33,740 nt of DNA from Clostridia bacterium (GTDB lineage: Bacteria > Bacillota > Clostridia > Oscillospirales > CAG-272), in NCBI GenBank assembly GCA_017540285.1, contig JAFYBI010000032.1, positions 1 through 33,740 of the forward strand. Reading direction: 5' to 3'. This document shows positions 7,978 through 17,760 of this stretch, piece by piece. A program made the position numbers and the translations under genes. Positions within the stretch are counted from its first letter, which is position 1. Every line of letters starts with the position of its first letter. Below the pieces are notes generated by a model. The model worked only from the letters and a program-made list of their open reading frames with translations. It made no database searches and was not told the DNA's origin.

Positions 7978-9087
7978 ATGAAGATCCTGATTCTATCCTG
8001 CTCTACCGGCGAAGGCCACAACGCCGCCGCCCGCGCGCTGATCGAAGCGGCTGAGCTCCGCGGTGACCGGGCCGATCTGCGCGATCCCGTCTCCTTCGGC
8101 GGGGAACGCGCGAGACGGGCGGTTGCCGGCGCGTACAACGGCATGATCCGGCGCACGCCCGTTCTGTTCGGCGCGGTCTACGGCATCGGCGATCTCGTCG
8201 ACCGCACGAACCTGACCTCCCCCATCTATCTTGCGAACGCGCTGTACGCCGAAAAGCTCTCGCGCGAGATCGTGCGGGAGGGCTACGACGCCGTGATCTC
8301 CACCCACCTCTACGGCGCGGAGGCGATGACCGCGGTCCGGCGGCGCGAGGGGAATCCGATCCCCTCCTACTGCGTCCTGACGGACTACACCATCATCCCG
8401 TTCTTTACCGAGCCGGACGCGGACGCGCTCTTCATCCCGCACGCCGATCTCATCGAAGAGGGGATCGAGAAGGGCGCCGTGCCCGAAAAGCTGATCCCGA
8501 CGGGGATCCCGACCTCGCCGCGGTTCCCGTCCCCCGTCAGCCGGGAAGAAGCCCGCAGACGCCTCGGCCTCCCCCCTGCGGCGCGGGTCTATCTCTGTAT
8601 GTCCGGCGGCGTCGGATGCGGGAATATGAGCCGGCTGTGCCGGAGGCTGGCGGAAACGTAGGAGGGCGATGACTGGCGCGTCTGCGTGCTCACGGGCCGG
8701 AACGCTGGCATGAAGGAGGCGCTCGAAGCGCGGTTTCCCGGCAACCATGTGACGGCGGTCCCGTTCACGAAGGAAGTCCCCCTCTGGATGCGCGCGTCGG
8801 ACGCGGTGATCTCAAAGGCCGGCGGTCTTTCCTCGACGGAGGCGGCGGTCGCGGGGGTCCCGCTCATCCATCTCATGACCATTCCGGGATGCGAGACGAG
8901 AAACGCGGCGTTCTTCGAGGCGCGTGGCATGTCCCGCCGGACGAGGAGCGAATCGGAAGCGGCGGAGGCTGCGGCAGCTCTCATGAGGGACAGCGCGGCA
9001 TCGGAAGCCATGCGGGAAGCGCAGCGGCAGAACACCCGCGCGGATGCCGCAGAGAGGATCCTTGCCTATGTGGCCGACCGTCTTTGA
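7978..9087 (+). pseudogene. GT28 glycosyltransferase (UgtP / MGDG-synthase-like diacylglycerol glycosyltransferase) interrupted by in-frame TAG
   Basis: ORFs 7978..8661 and 8686..9087 are in the same frame and separated only by TAG 8659..8661. The N-part MKILILSCSTGEGHNAAARAL is an MGDG-synthase N-domain. The C-part VCVLTGRN...ISKAGGLSSTEAAVAGVPLI...PGCETRNA is the Glyco_tran_28 C-domain. No good in-frame start follows the TAG (first is GTG 8686). Confidence 0.7.
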
Positions 9088-9691
9088 ATTTCCGCGAGCC
9101 GAATGGATCCTCTGGGTCCTGCTGACCGTCGGCGGCTATCTTCTCGGAAGCGTGCATTTCTGCCGCTGGATCCCCCTCCTCGTGAAAAAGGTCGACGTCA
9201 CGAAGGACAGCCGGGACGGCAATCCCGGCGCGGCGAACGTGTTCATGACCTGCGGCTGGAAGACGGGGCTCTTCTGCCTCTTCTGCGACATGGCGAAGGG
9301 GTTTCTACCGGTATTCGCCGCGACGAAATGGCTGCCGTGGCATCGCTGGCCGATCGTCATGGTGATGCTCGCCCCGGTTCTCGGCCACGCGTTCTCCGTG
9401 TTCTGGCATTTCCGCGGAGGGAAGTGCATCGCGACGATCTTCGGCGAGATGAGCGCGCTGCTCTGGCACACGCCCGTCGGACTGATCCTCGCGGGCCTGT
9501 ACATCTTTTTCTCCGTCGCCGTGAAGATCGATCCGCACCGCCGCCGGAGCATCGTCACCTTCGCGCTCTTTCTCCCGGCCGCCGTCATCCTGGAGCTCTG
9601 TCTTCACCAGACTGCCGTCGGGATCGGGTGCGCATGCGTCTCCGCCGTCGCGATCGCCAAGCACGCCGTGATGAAGGACGACGGCGCGTGA
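9068..9691 (+). CDS. plsY: Glycerol-3-phosphate acyltransferase PlsY
   Basis: GYLLGSV...SRDGNPGAANV and HAFSVFWHFRGGKCIAT match PlsY motifs. Multi-pass hydrophobic protein. ATG 9068 chosen, ATG 9044 possible. Confidence 0.8.
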   Translation: MWPTVFEFPRAEWILWVLLTVGGYLLGSVHFCRWIPLLVKKVDVTKDSRDGNPGAANVFMTCGWKTGLFCLFCDMAKGFLPVFAATKWLPWHRWPIVMVMLAPVLGHAFSVFWHFRGGKCIATIFGEMSALLWHTPVGLILAGLYIFFSVAVKIDPHRRRSIVTFALFLPAAVILELCLHQTAVGIGCACVSAVAIAKHAVMKDDGA

Positions 9692-9700
9692 ATCAAACGG

Positions 9701-9748
9701 AAAACCCCCGCCATGGGATCGCGATCCCGGACGGGGGTGATTTGTTTT
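9701..9748. terminator. Bidirectional rho-independent terminator between convergent plsY and dmpA-like genes
   Basis: AAAA-CCCCCG..GGGATC-GC-GATCCC..CGGGGG-TGATTTGTTTT. A long GC-rich nested hairpin flanked by an A-run and a T-rich run. Confidence 0.7.
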
Positions 9749-9756
9749 GCCAATAT

Positions 9757-10803
9757 TCAGTTTTTCAGCCGCGCTTCGAGACAGTCGCCGAGGCTCCTGA
9801 TGATATGGCCGTCCGGCGCGGCGGTCTCCTTCGCCGTGACCATCGAATTGAGGATCGCCTCCTCGGTCGCTTCCCCCGCTGCCCGGAACAGACGGTCGAG
9901 GCGATCCTCGCGGACAGCGGTGAAGGAGAGCATGTCGCCGTCACCCGGGCGGATCACGTTCGCCGTCGAGAAGCCGAGGAAGATCTCGCCGCTCCCGTGC
10001 CCGATGTACGAGCCGCAGCGCGCGATGCCGACCGAGCAGCGGCGGATCACCCGGCGGAGCTGACGGGCGGTCAGCGGGACGTCGCAGGCGAGGATTACCA
10101 TGATCGAGCCCTGGTCGCACGCCTCCCCGCGGATCCGGCGGCTGATCTCCTGTCCGACCGGTTCGCCGTTGATCTGCAAGTCGGCCGTCGCGCCGTAATT
10201 CGACTGCACGAGCACGCCGACGGTGCAGTCCCGTCCATCGAGCGTGATGACCCGCGACGCCGAGCCGATCCCGCCCTTCAGGCCGTAGCAGGTCGTTCCC
10301 GCGCCGGCGCCGACCGCACCTTCCTCGAAGTCCGCCGACGCCGTCCGGAGTGCCTCGAAGACGTGCTCCGCCGTGACGGCCCGGTCCGCGATGGCGTTCA
10401 GCGAGGCATCGTTGCACTCTCCGACGACCGGGTTGACGGAGCGGAGCGCGATCCCGTCCTCTTCGCACCGCCGGAGCATCCAGGCGACAACGGCGTCCGA
10501 GACCGCCCCGACGTTCAGGGTGTTCGTCAGCGCGATCGGGGTCTCGAGGGTGCCGAGCTCGTCGATCTGCACGGTCCCCGCGGTCTTGCCGAAGCCGTTG
10601 TGGACGAACGACGCCGCGACGAGCTTGTCCCGGAAGATGTTGCCCTCCGACGGCTGAATGACGGTGACGCCCGTGTTGTGACGCTCGTCCCGGATCGTCG
10701 CGTGTCCGACGGTGACGCCCGGCACGTCCGAGATTTTGTTCCGCTCTCCCCGCGGCAGCCTGCCGATATAGATCCCGTAGTCTTCGATGCGCTTCTGTTT
10801 CAT
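9757..10803 (-). CDS. DmpA/peptidase S58 family aminopeptidase
   Basis: C-terminal 348 aa of the artefactual 1338-aa ORF, starting at ATG 10803 (MKQKRIEDYG). NKISDVPGVTVGHATI...HNTGVTVI and GAGTTCYGLKGGIGSAS are characteristic of the DmpA/L-aminopeptidase family. GGGAGGCGGAGAG RBS. Confidence 0.75.
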   Translation of the reverse strand: MKQKRIEDYGIYIGRLPRGERNKISDVPGVTVGHATIRDERHNTGVTVIQPSEGNIFRDKLVAASFVHNGFGKTAGTVQIDELGTLETPIALTNTLNVGAVSDAVVAWMLRRCEEDGIALRSVNPVVGECNDASLNAIADRAVTAEHVFEALRTASADFEEGAVGAGAGTTCYGLKGGIGSASRVITLDGRDCTVGVLVQSNYGATADLQINGEPVGQEISRRIRGEACDQGSIMVILACDVPLTARQLRRVIRRCSVGIARCGSYIGHGSGEIFLGFSTANVIRPGDGDMLSFTAVREDRLDRLFRAAGEATEEAILNSMVTAKETAAPDGHIIRSLGDCLEARLKN

Positions 10804-10832
10804 CTCTCCGCCTCCCGCGCTGTGATAGAGAT

Positions 10833-10861
10833 ATTGTATCACATCCTCCCGCATTTTGCAA
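10833..10861 (-). promoter_or_regulatory. Sigma-A type promoter of dmpA-like gene, with overlapping inverted repeat
   Basis: Minus strand reads TTGCAA (10861..10856), 17 nt, TACAAT (10838..10833). The inverted repeat TGTGATA-N9-TATCACA (10821..10843) overlaps the -10. Confidence 0.5.
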
Positions 10862-11067
10862 CGGTCCGCCGCGATTTTTCTGCCGTATCCGGAGTCGGCT
10901 TCCGGCGTGAAATCATGGAGGAGGCGGGTCACGCCTGCCAATGCTTCAAGGTCGAGAGGAACATCCCCCAGCCCTGACGGCGTTCGTCGTCGGGTACCGC
11001 CGTCTCCCTCATCGCAAGAAATGTTACAATTATTTATTTTCTCCTGTGGATTTCCGGTGCCGGTTTG

Positions 11068-11076
11068 TGCTATAAT
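11068..11076 (+). promoter_or_regulatory. Extended -10 promoter element upstream of lon
   Basis: TGcTATAAT in an AT-rich patch about 58 nt before the lon ATG. The -35 region is poor (TGGATT). Confidence 0.4.
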
Positions 11077-11133
11077 AAAGAGTAAGCTACCCGTAAAATG
11101 CACTTCCCTGTTTTCCGGAAAGGAACCCCATTC

Positions 11134-13575
11134 ATGCCTACATACCGTGAAAATGCCGCCCGGCAGACCCTCCCCCTCATTCCCCTGCGCGGGATCGTCG
11201 CCTTCCCCGGCAACAATATCAATATCGAACTGGAACGCGATCTCTCGAAGAACGCCTGCGAAGCGGCGCTTTCCTCGGAGATGGTAGTCTTTCTCGTCAC
11301 GCAGAAAGACACCCGCGTGGACGATCCGACCGCCGACGATCTTTTCGTCACCGGCACGGTCGCCCGCATCCGTCAGTCCGTGAAACACCCGAAGACGGGG
11401 ACCTTGCGGATCGTGGCGGAGGGCTTCTGCCGCGCGACGCTTGTTGAAATGCGCATGACCGACGGCTACTACACGGCCGAGGTCATCACCAAAACCGTCA
11501 CCGCCGATTTTTCTTCGCGCGACATCCGCACGGAAGCCATGCTCGCCGATCTCATGCAGAGCCTCGGCGAAATGCTCCGCTACCGTCCCGCGTTCTCCCA
11601 GAATTTCGAGATCGCCGCGCGTTCCATCAACAATCCCGGCCTCCTCGCCGACTTCATCGCCGCGCAGCTCTTCGTCCGCTATGAGGACAAGCAGGCCGTG
11701 CTCGACATCTTCGATCCCATGCGCCGCGCGGAAAAGACCCTGCTCCTCATGGAATCCGAGATCGAGCTTATGCAGACCGAGCTGGAGATCCACCAGAAGG
11801 TCAAGCAGGCGATGGACGACAACCAGCGGGATTACTATCTGCGCGAACAGCTCCACGCCATCGAATACGAGCTCGGCATCGGCGAGGACGGGGACGAACT
11901 GAAAAAGCGCATGGAGGACCGCAAGCTCCCGAAGGAAGTCCGTGAGAAGCTCGATCGGGAGATCGTCAAGCTCGGGCGCATGTCCCCCGGCTCTCCCGAG
12001 GCGAACGTCATCTACAACTACGTCGACACCTGCCTGAACATCCCGTGGGAAAAGCGGACCCGCGACCGCGTGGACATCGACGCCGCCCGGCGCATCCTCG
12101 ACGCGGACCACGACGGACTGAAGAAAATTAAGGAGCGCATCCTCGAATTCCTCGCCGTCAAGCAGCTCAACCCCGATCTGAAGAACCAGATCCTCTGCTT
12201 CGTCGGCCCGCCCGGCGTCGGCAAGACCTCCCTCGGCGCGTCGATCGCCCGTTCGATGAAGCGCAAGTACGTGCGCGTCTCCCTCGGCGGCATCCGGGAC
12301 GAGAGCGACATCCGCGGCCACCGCAAGACCTACATCGGCTCCATGCCCGGCCGCATCATCGAGGCGCTCACGCAGTGCGGCACGCTCAACCCGGTCATGC
12401 TCCTCGATGAGGTCGACAAGATGTGCGCGGACGTGCACGGCGACCCGGCCTCCGCTCTTCTCGAAGTGCTCGACGGCGAGCAGAACAGCGCGTTCCGCGA
12501 CCACTTCATCGAGCTGCCCGTCGACCTCTCGGAAGTCCTCTTCATCTGCACCGCCAACACGCTCGACACCGTTCCGCGGCCCTTGCTCGACCGCATGGAG
12601 GTCATCGAGCTCAACACCTATACGCCCTCCGAAAAGCTCGCCATCGCGAAGAACCACCTTCTTCCGAAGCAGCTCAAGCGCCACGGCCTCAGCCGCCGGA
12701 CGCTGAAGATCACCGATGAGGCGATCGAAGAGCTGATCGACGGCTTCACCCGCGAATCGGGCGTCCGCAACCTCGAGAGAGAGATCGGCGCGCTCTGCCG
12801 CAAGGGGGCCAAGGTCCTCGTCGAAGAGGAGCGCAAGAACCTCGTCATCGACAAGCCGGATCTGGAGAAGTATCTCGGTCCGCGCCGCTTCCTCGACGAT
12901 GAGACCGCGAAGACCGATCTCGTCGGCGTCACGAACGGTCTCGCCTACACCGAGGTCGGCGGCGATCTCCTGAAGGTCGAGGTCCTCCCGGTCGAGGGCA
13001 GCGGCAAGATCGAGCTGACCGGCACGCTCGGCGACGTCATGAAGGAATCCGCGCACATCGCCGTGACATGGATCCGCGCGCACTGCGCCGAATACGGCAT
13101 CGCGCCGGACTTCTACAAGACGAAGGATATTCACATCCACGTTCCCGAAGGCGCGGTCCCGAAGGACGGTCCGAGCGCGGGCGTCACCATGACGACCTCC
13201 CTCGTCTCCGCCCTCTCCGGCATCCCCGTCCGCTGCGACATCGCCATGACCGGCGAAATCACCCTGACGGGCCGGGTCCTCGCGATCGGCGGCCTCAGAG
13301 AGAAATCCACCGCCGCCTACACCCGCGGGATCCGCACCCTGCTCATTCCGAAGGACAACATGCGCGACATCCCCGAGCTCGACCAGAACGTCGTCCGCGA
13401 GATGACCTTCCTCCCGTGCGAGACGCTCACCGACGTTCTCTCCCGCGCCCTGCGCTGCCCCGCCTGCGAAGAACGCCTGCCCGTCCTGGAATGCGCCGAA
13501 GAGCCCGGGACCGACACGAAGACCGCCGCCATCCTCCCTCCGCTGGGAGAGCCCGCGCGGTACAACCGGATCTGA
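11134..13575 (+). CDS. lon: ATP-dependent Lon protease (LonA)
   Basis: [14 protein letters not shown] (LON N-domain), [11 protein letters not shown] (Walker A), LLDEVDK (Walker B), [11 protein letters not shown] (catalytic Ser motif), [21 protein letters not shown]. Start at ATG 11134. Confidence 0.95.
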   Translation: MPTYRENAARQTLPLIPLRGIVAFPGNNINIELERDLSKNACEAALSSEMVVFLVTQKDTRVDDPTADDLFVTGTVARIRQSVKHPKTGTLRIVAEGFCRATLVEMRMTDGYYTAEVITKTVTADFSSRDIRTEAMLADLMQSLGEMLRYRPAFSQNFEIAARSINNPGLLADFIAAQLFVRYEDKQAVLDIFDPMRRAEKTLLLMESEIELMQTELEIHQKVKQAMDDNQRDYYLREQLHAIEYELGIGEDGDELKKRMEDRKLPKEVREKLDREIVKLGRMSPGSPEANVIYNYVDTCLNIPWEKRTRDRVDIDAARRILDADHDGLKKIKERILEFLAVKQLNPDLKNQILCFVGPPGVGKTSLGASIARSMKRKYVRVSLGGIRDESDIRGHRKTYIGSMPGRIIEALTQCGTLNPVMLLDEVDKMCADVHGDPASALLEVLDGEQNSAFRDHFIELPVDLSEVLFICTANTLDTVPRPLLDRMEVIELNTYTPSEKLAIAKNHLLPKQLKRHGLSRRTLKITDEAIEELIDGFTRESGVRNLEREIGALCRKGAKVLVEEERKNLVIDKPDLEKYLGPRRFLDDETAKTDLVGVTNGLAYTEVGGDLLKVEVLPVEGSGKIELTGTLGDVMKESAHIAVTWIRAHCAEYGIAPDFYKTKDIHIHVPEGAVPKDGPSAGVTMTTSLVSALSGIPVRCDIAMTGEITLTGRVLAIGGLREKSTAAYTRGIRTLLIPKDNMRDIPELDQNVVREMTFLPCETLTDVLSRALRCPACEERLPVLECAEEPGTDTKTAAILPPLGEPARYNRI

Positions 13576-13579
13576 CATT

Positions 13580-14179
13580 ATGAAACCGAACCTCAACAAC
13601 GCCGCCCTCAAAATGTCCGCGGGACTGCCGAAGCAGTTTCCCGCCGACCGTCTGCCGCAGGTCGCCTTTTCCGGCCGCTCCAACGTCGGAAAGAGCTCCC
13701 TCATCAATTCCCTCCTCGGGCGCAAAAGCCTCGCGCGGGTCAGCGGCGAGCCCGGCAAGACCATCACCGTCAATTTCTACGATATCGACAAAAAGCTCTA
13801 CCTGGTGGACCTTCCGGGCTACGGCTACGCGAAGCGCTCCCCGGAGGAGAAAAAGCGCTGGTCCGCGCTGACCGACGGGTATTTCACGAAGAATCCGAAC
13901 ATCGATTCCCTCAAGCTCGTCTGTCAGCTCGTCGACAGCCGCACCGGTCCGACCGCAGACGACCTCGACATGCTTTATTATCTGCGTGAGACGGGCATGC
14001 CGCACCTGCTCGTCGCGACGAAGACCGACAAGCTCAACGCGACGGAGACCGGGGAATTCCTCGCCGCCGTCGCCGGAGAAGCTCTGACAAAGGATCTGCC
14101 GCTCATCCTCTATTCCGCGAAGACCAACCGCGGCCGGGACGAGCTCTGGCGCAAGATCTTTGAGACAACGGGGATCTGA
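13580..14179 (+). CDS. engB: Ribosome-biogenesis GTPase EngB/YsxC
   Basis: GRSNVGKSSLINSLL (G1), DLPGYGYA (G3), ATKTDK (G4). Conserved lon-engB synteny of Firmicutes. Confidence 0.9.
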   Translation: MKPNLNNAALKMSAGLPKQFPADRLPQVAFSGRSNVGKSSLINSLLGRKSLARVSGEPGKTITVNFYDIDKKLYLVDLPGYGYAKRSPEEKKRWSALTDGYFTKNPNIDSLKLVCQLVDSRTGPTADDLDMLYYLRETGMPHLLVATKTDKLNATETGEFLAAVAGEALTKDLPLILYSAKTNRGRDELWRKIFETTGI

Positions 14180-14229
14180 AAACGAACAGCCGCACCCATG
14201 ATCCGGGAGCATCCCGGGAGGAGCAATGT

Positions 14230-15528
14230 ATGATCCTGCATCCCACCTATGATGTCAACGCCGCAGGTCACCTCACCGCCGCCGGTCTCGACACCGTCGA
14301 GCTCGCGCGCGAATTCGGCACCCCGGCCTATCTGCTCGACACCGACGCGGTCCGCGCGATGTGCCGGCTTTACAAAAGCGCGTTTCACGACTTCTTCGGC
14401 CCCGCCTCCACCCCCGCCTTTGCCGGAAAAGCCCTGTGCTACAAGGGACTCTACCGTCTGATCGCGGAGGAAGGTCTCGCGGCCGACTGCGTGTCCCCGG
14501 GCGAGCTCGTCACCGCGCACGCCGCCGGATTCCCGATGGCGAAGGTGTTCTTCCACGGCAACAACAAGACGGACGCGGACCTTGCGCTCGCCCTCGACCT
14601 CGGCGTCGGACACATCGTCGTCGACTCCCCGGACGAGCTCGAAGCGCTCGCGCAGATCGCCGCCGGAAAAGGTGCGAAGCCGCGCATCCTGCTCCGCATC
14701 ACGCCCGGCATCGACCCGCACACTCATAAAAAGATCATCACCGGGAACGTCGATTCGAAGTTCGGCATGGCGATCGCCACCGGACAGGCGGACAGCTTCG
14801 TGAAAGCCGCGCTCGCCTGCCCGTTCGTGACGCTCGACGGGTTCCACTGCCACGTCGGCTCGCAGATCTTCGACATCGAGCCCTTCCGCGACGCCTGCGA
14901 CATCATGCTCGCCTTTCTCGCGCGCACACGGCAGACCACGGGCTTCGAAGCGCCGGTCCTCAACATCGGCGGGGGCTTCGGCGTCCGCTACACCGAACGG
15001 GATCCCGCAATCGACTATCGCGCCAACATTCAGGCGCTCGGCACGGAGATCGACCGCATGTGCGCGCTCCACGGCGTGAAGAAGCCCGCGATCCTCATGG
15101 AGCCGGGCCGTTCGATCGTCGCCGCCGCGGGCTGCACGCTCTACACCGTCGGCTCGGTGAAGACCATCCCGGGCTTTCGCAGCTACGTTTCGGTCGACGG
15201 CGGCATGCCGGACAACCCGCGCTACGCGCTCTACCAGTCCGCCTACACCGTCGTCAACGCCTCCCGCGCCGCTGAAAAGGCAGCGTTTCCCTGCACCGTC
15301 GCGGGCCGCTGCTGCGAGAGCGGAGACCTGCTCGCCGAGGACGTCTCCGTCGCGAAGCCGTCCCGGGGCGACATCCTCGCCGTCCTCGTCACCGGCGCGT
15401 ACAACTACTCCATGGCCTCGAACTACAACCGCATCCCCCGGCCTCCGGTCATCGAGCTCTCCGGCGGGAAAGCGACCGTCGCCGTCCGCCGCGAGACCTA
15501 TGACGACCTCATCCGCCTCGACGTATAA
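14230..15528 (+). CDS. lysA: Diaminopimelate decarboxylase
   Basis: 432 aa. FGTPAYLLD, FAGKALC (PLP-Lys region), HCHVGSQI, GGGFGVRY, EPGRSIVA, CESGD. Confidence 0.9.
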   Translation: MILHPTYDVNAAGHLTAAGLDTVELAREFGTPAYLLDTDAVRAMCRLYKSAFHDFFGPASTPAFAGKALCYKGLYRLIAEEGLAADCVSPGELVTAHAAGFPMAKVFFHGNNKTDADLALALDLGVGHIVVDSPDELEALAQIAAGKGAKPRILLRITPGIDPHTHKKIITGNVDSKFGMAIATGQADSFVKAALACPFVTLDGFHCHVGSQIFDIEPFRDACDIMLAFLARTRQTTGFEAPVLNIGGGFGVRYTERDPAIDYRANIQALGTEIDRMCALHGVKKPAILMEPGRSIVAAAGCTLYTVGSVKTIPGFRSYVSVDGGMPDNPRYALYQSAYTVVNASRAAEKAAFPCTVAGRCCESGDLLAEDVSVAKPSRGDILAVLVTGAYNYSMASNYNRIPRPPVIELSGGKATVAVRRETYDDLIRLDV

Positions 15529-15562
15529 ACCTGCTCTGCCCATTACCCATATCATCTGAATC

Positions 15563-16240
15563 ATGTCATCCTCACTCATCCACACCATCACCGAGCTCCT
15601 CTTCGTCATCCCCTGCGTGCTCGTCGCCCTGAGCGTTCACGAGGTGTCGCACGGGTGGATGGCATACCGGCTCGGCGACCCCACGGCGAAGAACCTCGGG
15701 CGGCTCTCGCTCAACCCCCTGAAGCACCTCGATCCCGTCGGCACGCTGTGCATGATCTTCTTCCACTTCGGATGGGCGCGCCCGGTGCCGATCAACACGC
15801 GGTATTTCAAGAACAACCGCCGCGACACCGCCCTGACCGCGCTCGCCGGACCGCTCTCGAACATCGCGCTCGCGTTCCTCGGGACGATCCTTTTTCACAT
15901 CATCTACGCCGTCGGGTCCCGCGCGACGATCCGTTCGGAGTTCTCCTACAACGTCTTCGTCGCCGCCCTCACCCTCTTCAGCTATTTCCGCTCTCTCAAC
16001 CTGGCCCTTGCCGTCTTCAACCTCATCCCCGTTCCCCCGCTCGACGGATCCCGGATCTTTCTCGTCTGGCTCCCGCCGAAGTACTATTTCGGCGTGATGA
16101 AGTACGAGCGGTACATCCAGCTCGGGCTGATGATCCTGCTCTGGACGGGCATCCTCTCCCCCCCGCTTTCTCCCGTGGTGAACGCGATCGGGAGCGGCAT
16201 GGACTGGCTCGTCGAGCTCATCCCCTTCTTCCGCCGATGA
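15563..16240 (+). CDS. Site-2 protease family (peptidase M50) membrane metalloprotease
   Basis: HEVSHGW (HExxH) and NLIPVPPLDGSR second motif. Polytopic hydrophobic protein. Confidence 0.8.
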   Translation: MSSSLIHTITELLFVIPCVLVALSVHEVSHGWMAYRLGDPTAKNLGRLSLNPLKHLDPVGTLCMIFFHFGWARPVPINTRYFKNNRRDTALTALAGPLSNIALAFLGTILFHIIYAVGSRATIRSEFSYNVFVAALTLFSYFRSLNLALAVFNLIPVPPLDGSRIFLVWLPPKYYFGVMKYERYIQLGLMILLWTGILSPPLSPVVNAIGSGMDWLVELIPFFRR

Positions 16241-17031
16241 TCGAAACCACACCGATTCAATTCAAGCTCGAAAACTTCGAAGGACCGCTCGACCTCCTCG
16301 TCGCGCTCGTCGAAAAGCACAAGCTGGACGTCGCGGACATTCCGATCGATTTGCTGTGCGAGCAATACATGGAAACCATCAAGGACGCCGAGGAGCGCGA
16401 CATCGAGGTGGCGTGCGAATTCCTCTCGATGGCGTCCGAGCTGATGCTCATCAAGAGCCGCATGCTCCTGCCCCGCGATCCCTCGAGAGACGAGGACCCG
16501 CGCAAGCCCCTCGTCGACGCGATCGAAGAGTATCAGCGCACCAAGCTCGCCGCCGCGGAGCTCGCCGACCTCTTCTCGGTTTACGGCACGCGCGCCGCGA
16601 AGGAGGAGGACGACCTCTCGCCCGACCCGACCTACGTGGCCGATCACTCCGTCGATCTTCTGCGCGCCGCCCTCACGAAGATCTACACCGAGACGCGTCT
16701 CTCCGAAAAGACGATGAAGGAGGATTTCTCCGCCATCGTGAACATCCCGCGCATCCCGATCGAGACCCTCATGACACAGCTTCTGGATACGCTGAAAACC
16801 AGACGTTCCGTCCCGCTCGGCGCCTATCTGCGCGAATCGGAGAACCGCCCTGCCCTCATCGCCCGCTTCATCGGGATCCTCGAGCTCCTCAAGGCCCGCC
16901 TCGTCTCCGTCGAAGAGCCGGACGGCGCGGTCGAGGACGGCGTGACCGACATGCTCTCCGAAGTCCGCGTCGTGCTCACGGCGACGGAAGAAGAGATCGC
17001 GGACGCAAAGCTCGAGAGCGGCATGTACTGA
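16237..17031 (+). CDS. scpA: Segregation and condensation protein A
   Basis: Internal ATG 16237 (ATGA overlap with the M50 stop). FKLENFEGPLDLLVALVEKHKLDV..I..L..QY is the kleisin ScpA N-terminal signature. Confidence 0.85.
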   Translation: MIETTPIQFKLENFEGPLDLLVALVEKHKLDVADIPIDLLCEQYMETIKDAEERDIEVACEFLSMASELMLIKSRMLLPRDPSRDEDPRKPLVDAIEEYQRTKLAAAELADLFSVYGTRAAKEEDDLSPDPTYVADHSVDLLRAALTKIYTETRLSEKTMKEDFSAIVNIPRIPIETLMTQLLDTLKTRRSVPLGAYLRESENRPALIARFIGILELLKARLVSVEEPDGAVEDGVTDMLSEVRVVLTATEEEIADAKLESGMY

Positions 17032-17079
17032 TATTCCATCACCCCCGCGCAGCTCCGATCCGCGCGGAAAGGACCGCCC

Positions 17080-17709
17080 ATGAAAGTGACCGCATCCCCG
17101 CAAGAGGAAACAGAAATCCGCGCCTACACCCCCGAGGAACAGTTTTCGATCATCGAAGCCTGTCTCTTCGCCGCCGGACACCCCCTGACCTACGCCCGGC
17201 TCGCCGAAGTGCTCGGGATCACCCCCGCCGCCTGTGCCGACGTCGTGGAGAAAATGGCCGTCGTCTACAACAACGCCGACGCGTTTCCCCGCGGCATCCT
17301 GCTCGTCCGGTTCCCGGAATCCTGCCAGCTCGTGACGCGGGAGGAATGGGGCGCCGAAGTGAAGGAAGCCCTCGGGATCCGACGCGGCGGCAATCTCTCC
17401 GCCTCGCTGCTCGAAGTGCTCGCCGTCGTCGCCTACCATCAGCCCACCACCCGCACGTTCATCGACACGGTGCGCGGCGTGGATTCGAGCTACGCCGTCG
17501 GCGCGCTGACCGAGAAGAATCTGATCGAGCCCTGCGGCAAGCTCGACGCCCCCGGCCGCCCGACCCTCTACCGCACGACGACCGACTTTCTCCGGGTCTT
17601 CGGTCTCTCGCGCCTCGAGGAGCTTCCCGCCGTCACGCTTAAGACCGACGCGGGAGAGGTCGTCGAGATCGTCCCGGAGACGGAACAGACCCCGGCGGAT
17701 CCCGCATAA
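17080..17709 (+). CDS. scpB: Segregation and condensation protein B
   Basis: IIEACLFAAGHPLTYARLAEVL, EVLAVVAYHQPTTRTFIDTVRGVDS, GRPTLYRTTTDFLRVFGL. Confidence 0.85.
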   Translation: MKVTASPQEETEIRAYTPEEQFSIIEACLFAAGHPLTYARLAEVLGITPAACADVVEKMAVVYNNADAFPRGILLVRFPESCQLVTREEWGAEVKEALGIRRGGNLSASLLEVLAVVAYHQPTTRTFIDTVRGVDSSYAVGALTEKNLIEPCGKLDAPGRPTLYRTTTDFLRVFGLSRLEELPAVTLKTDAGEVVEIVPETEQTPADPA

Positions 17710-17760
17710 TCATATCGCTTCGAAATAACTCTCACATCGATATTCTGCAAAGGAGACGGC

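Noticed and set aside
8659-8661. The in-frame TAG of the GT28 gene as a pyrrolysine codon, prompted by the MtmB-family gene in the same window
   Set aside because: The MtmB homologue itself has no in-frame TAG. No pylT or pylSBCD-like genes are visible. TAG terminates the WYL gene normally. Pyrrolysine in a glycosyltransferase linker has no precedent.
9103-10977. 624-aa plus-strand ORF overlapping plsY and the dmpA-like gene
   Set aside because: It is an alternate frame of plsY and antisense to the DmpA-like gene. Its translation is Arg/Asp/Pro-rich and motif-free.
10862-11047. About 190 nt of unassigned sequence between the divergent dmpA-like and lon promoters, checked for a small gene or riboswitch
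   Set aside because: Only a 19-codon ATG ORF without an RBS and a few weak hairpins. No recognisable riboswitch, CIRCE or CtsR-box pattern.
9757-13773. 1338-aa minus-strand ORF, the longest in the track
   Set aside because: Only its last 348 codons (9757..10803, DmpA-like) show protein motifs and a start/RBS. The rest is low-complexity Arg/Gly/Ala/Asp-rich translation antisense to the unmistakable lon and engB genes, a typical high-GC artefact.
14180-14229. Hairpin CCGGGA-GCA-TCCCGG between engB and lysA, considered as a terminator
   Set aside because: No T-tract follows the stem, and it abuts the lysA RBS. The genes are most likely co-transcribed.
14110-17439. Minus-strand ORFs 14110..15609 (499 aa), 15572..16252 (226 aa) and 16084..17439 (451 aa)
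   Set aside because: They are antisense to lysA, the M50 protease gene and scpA/scpB, all of which have strong signatures on the plus strand.
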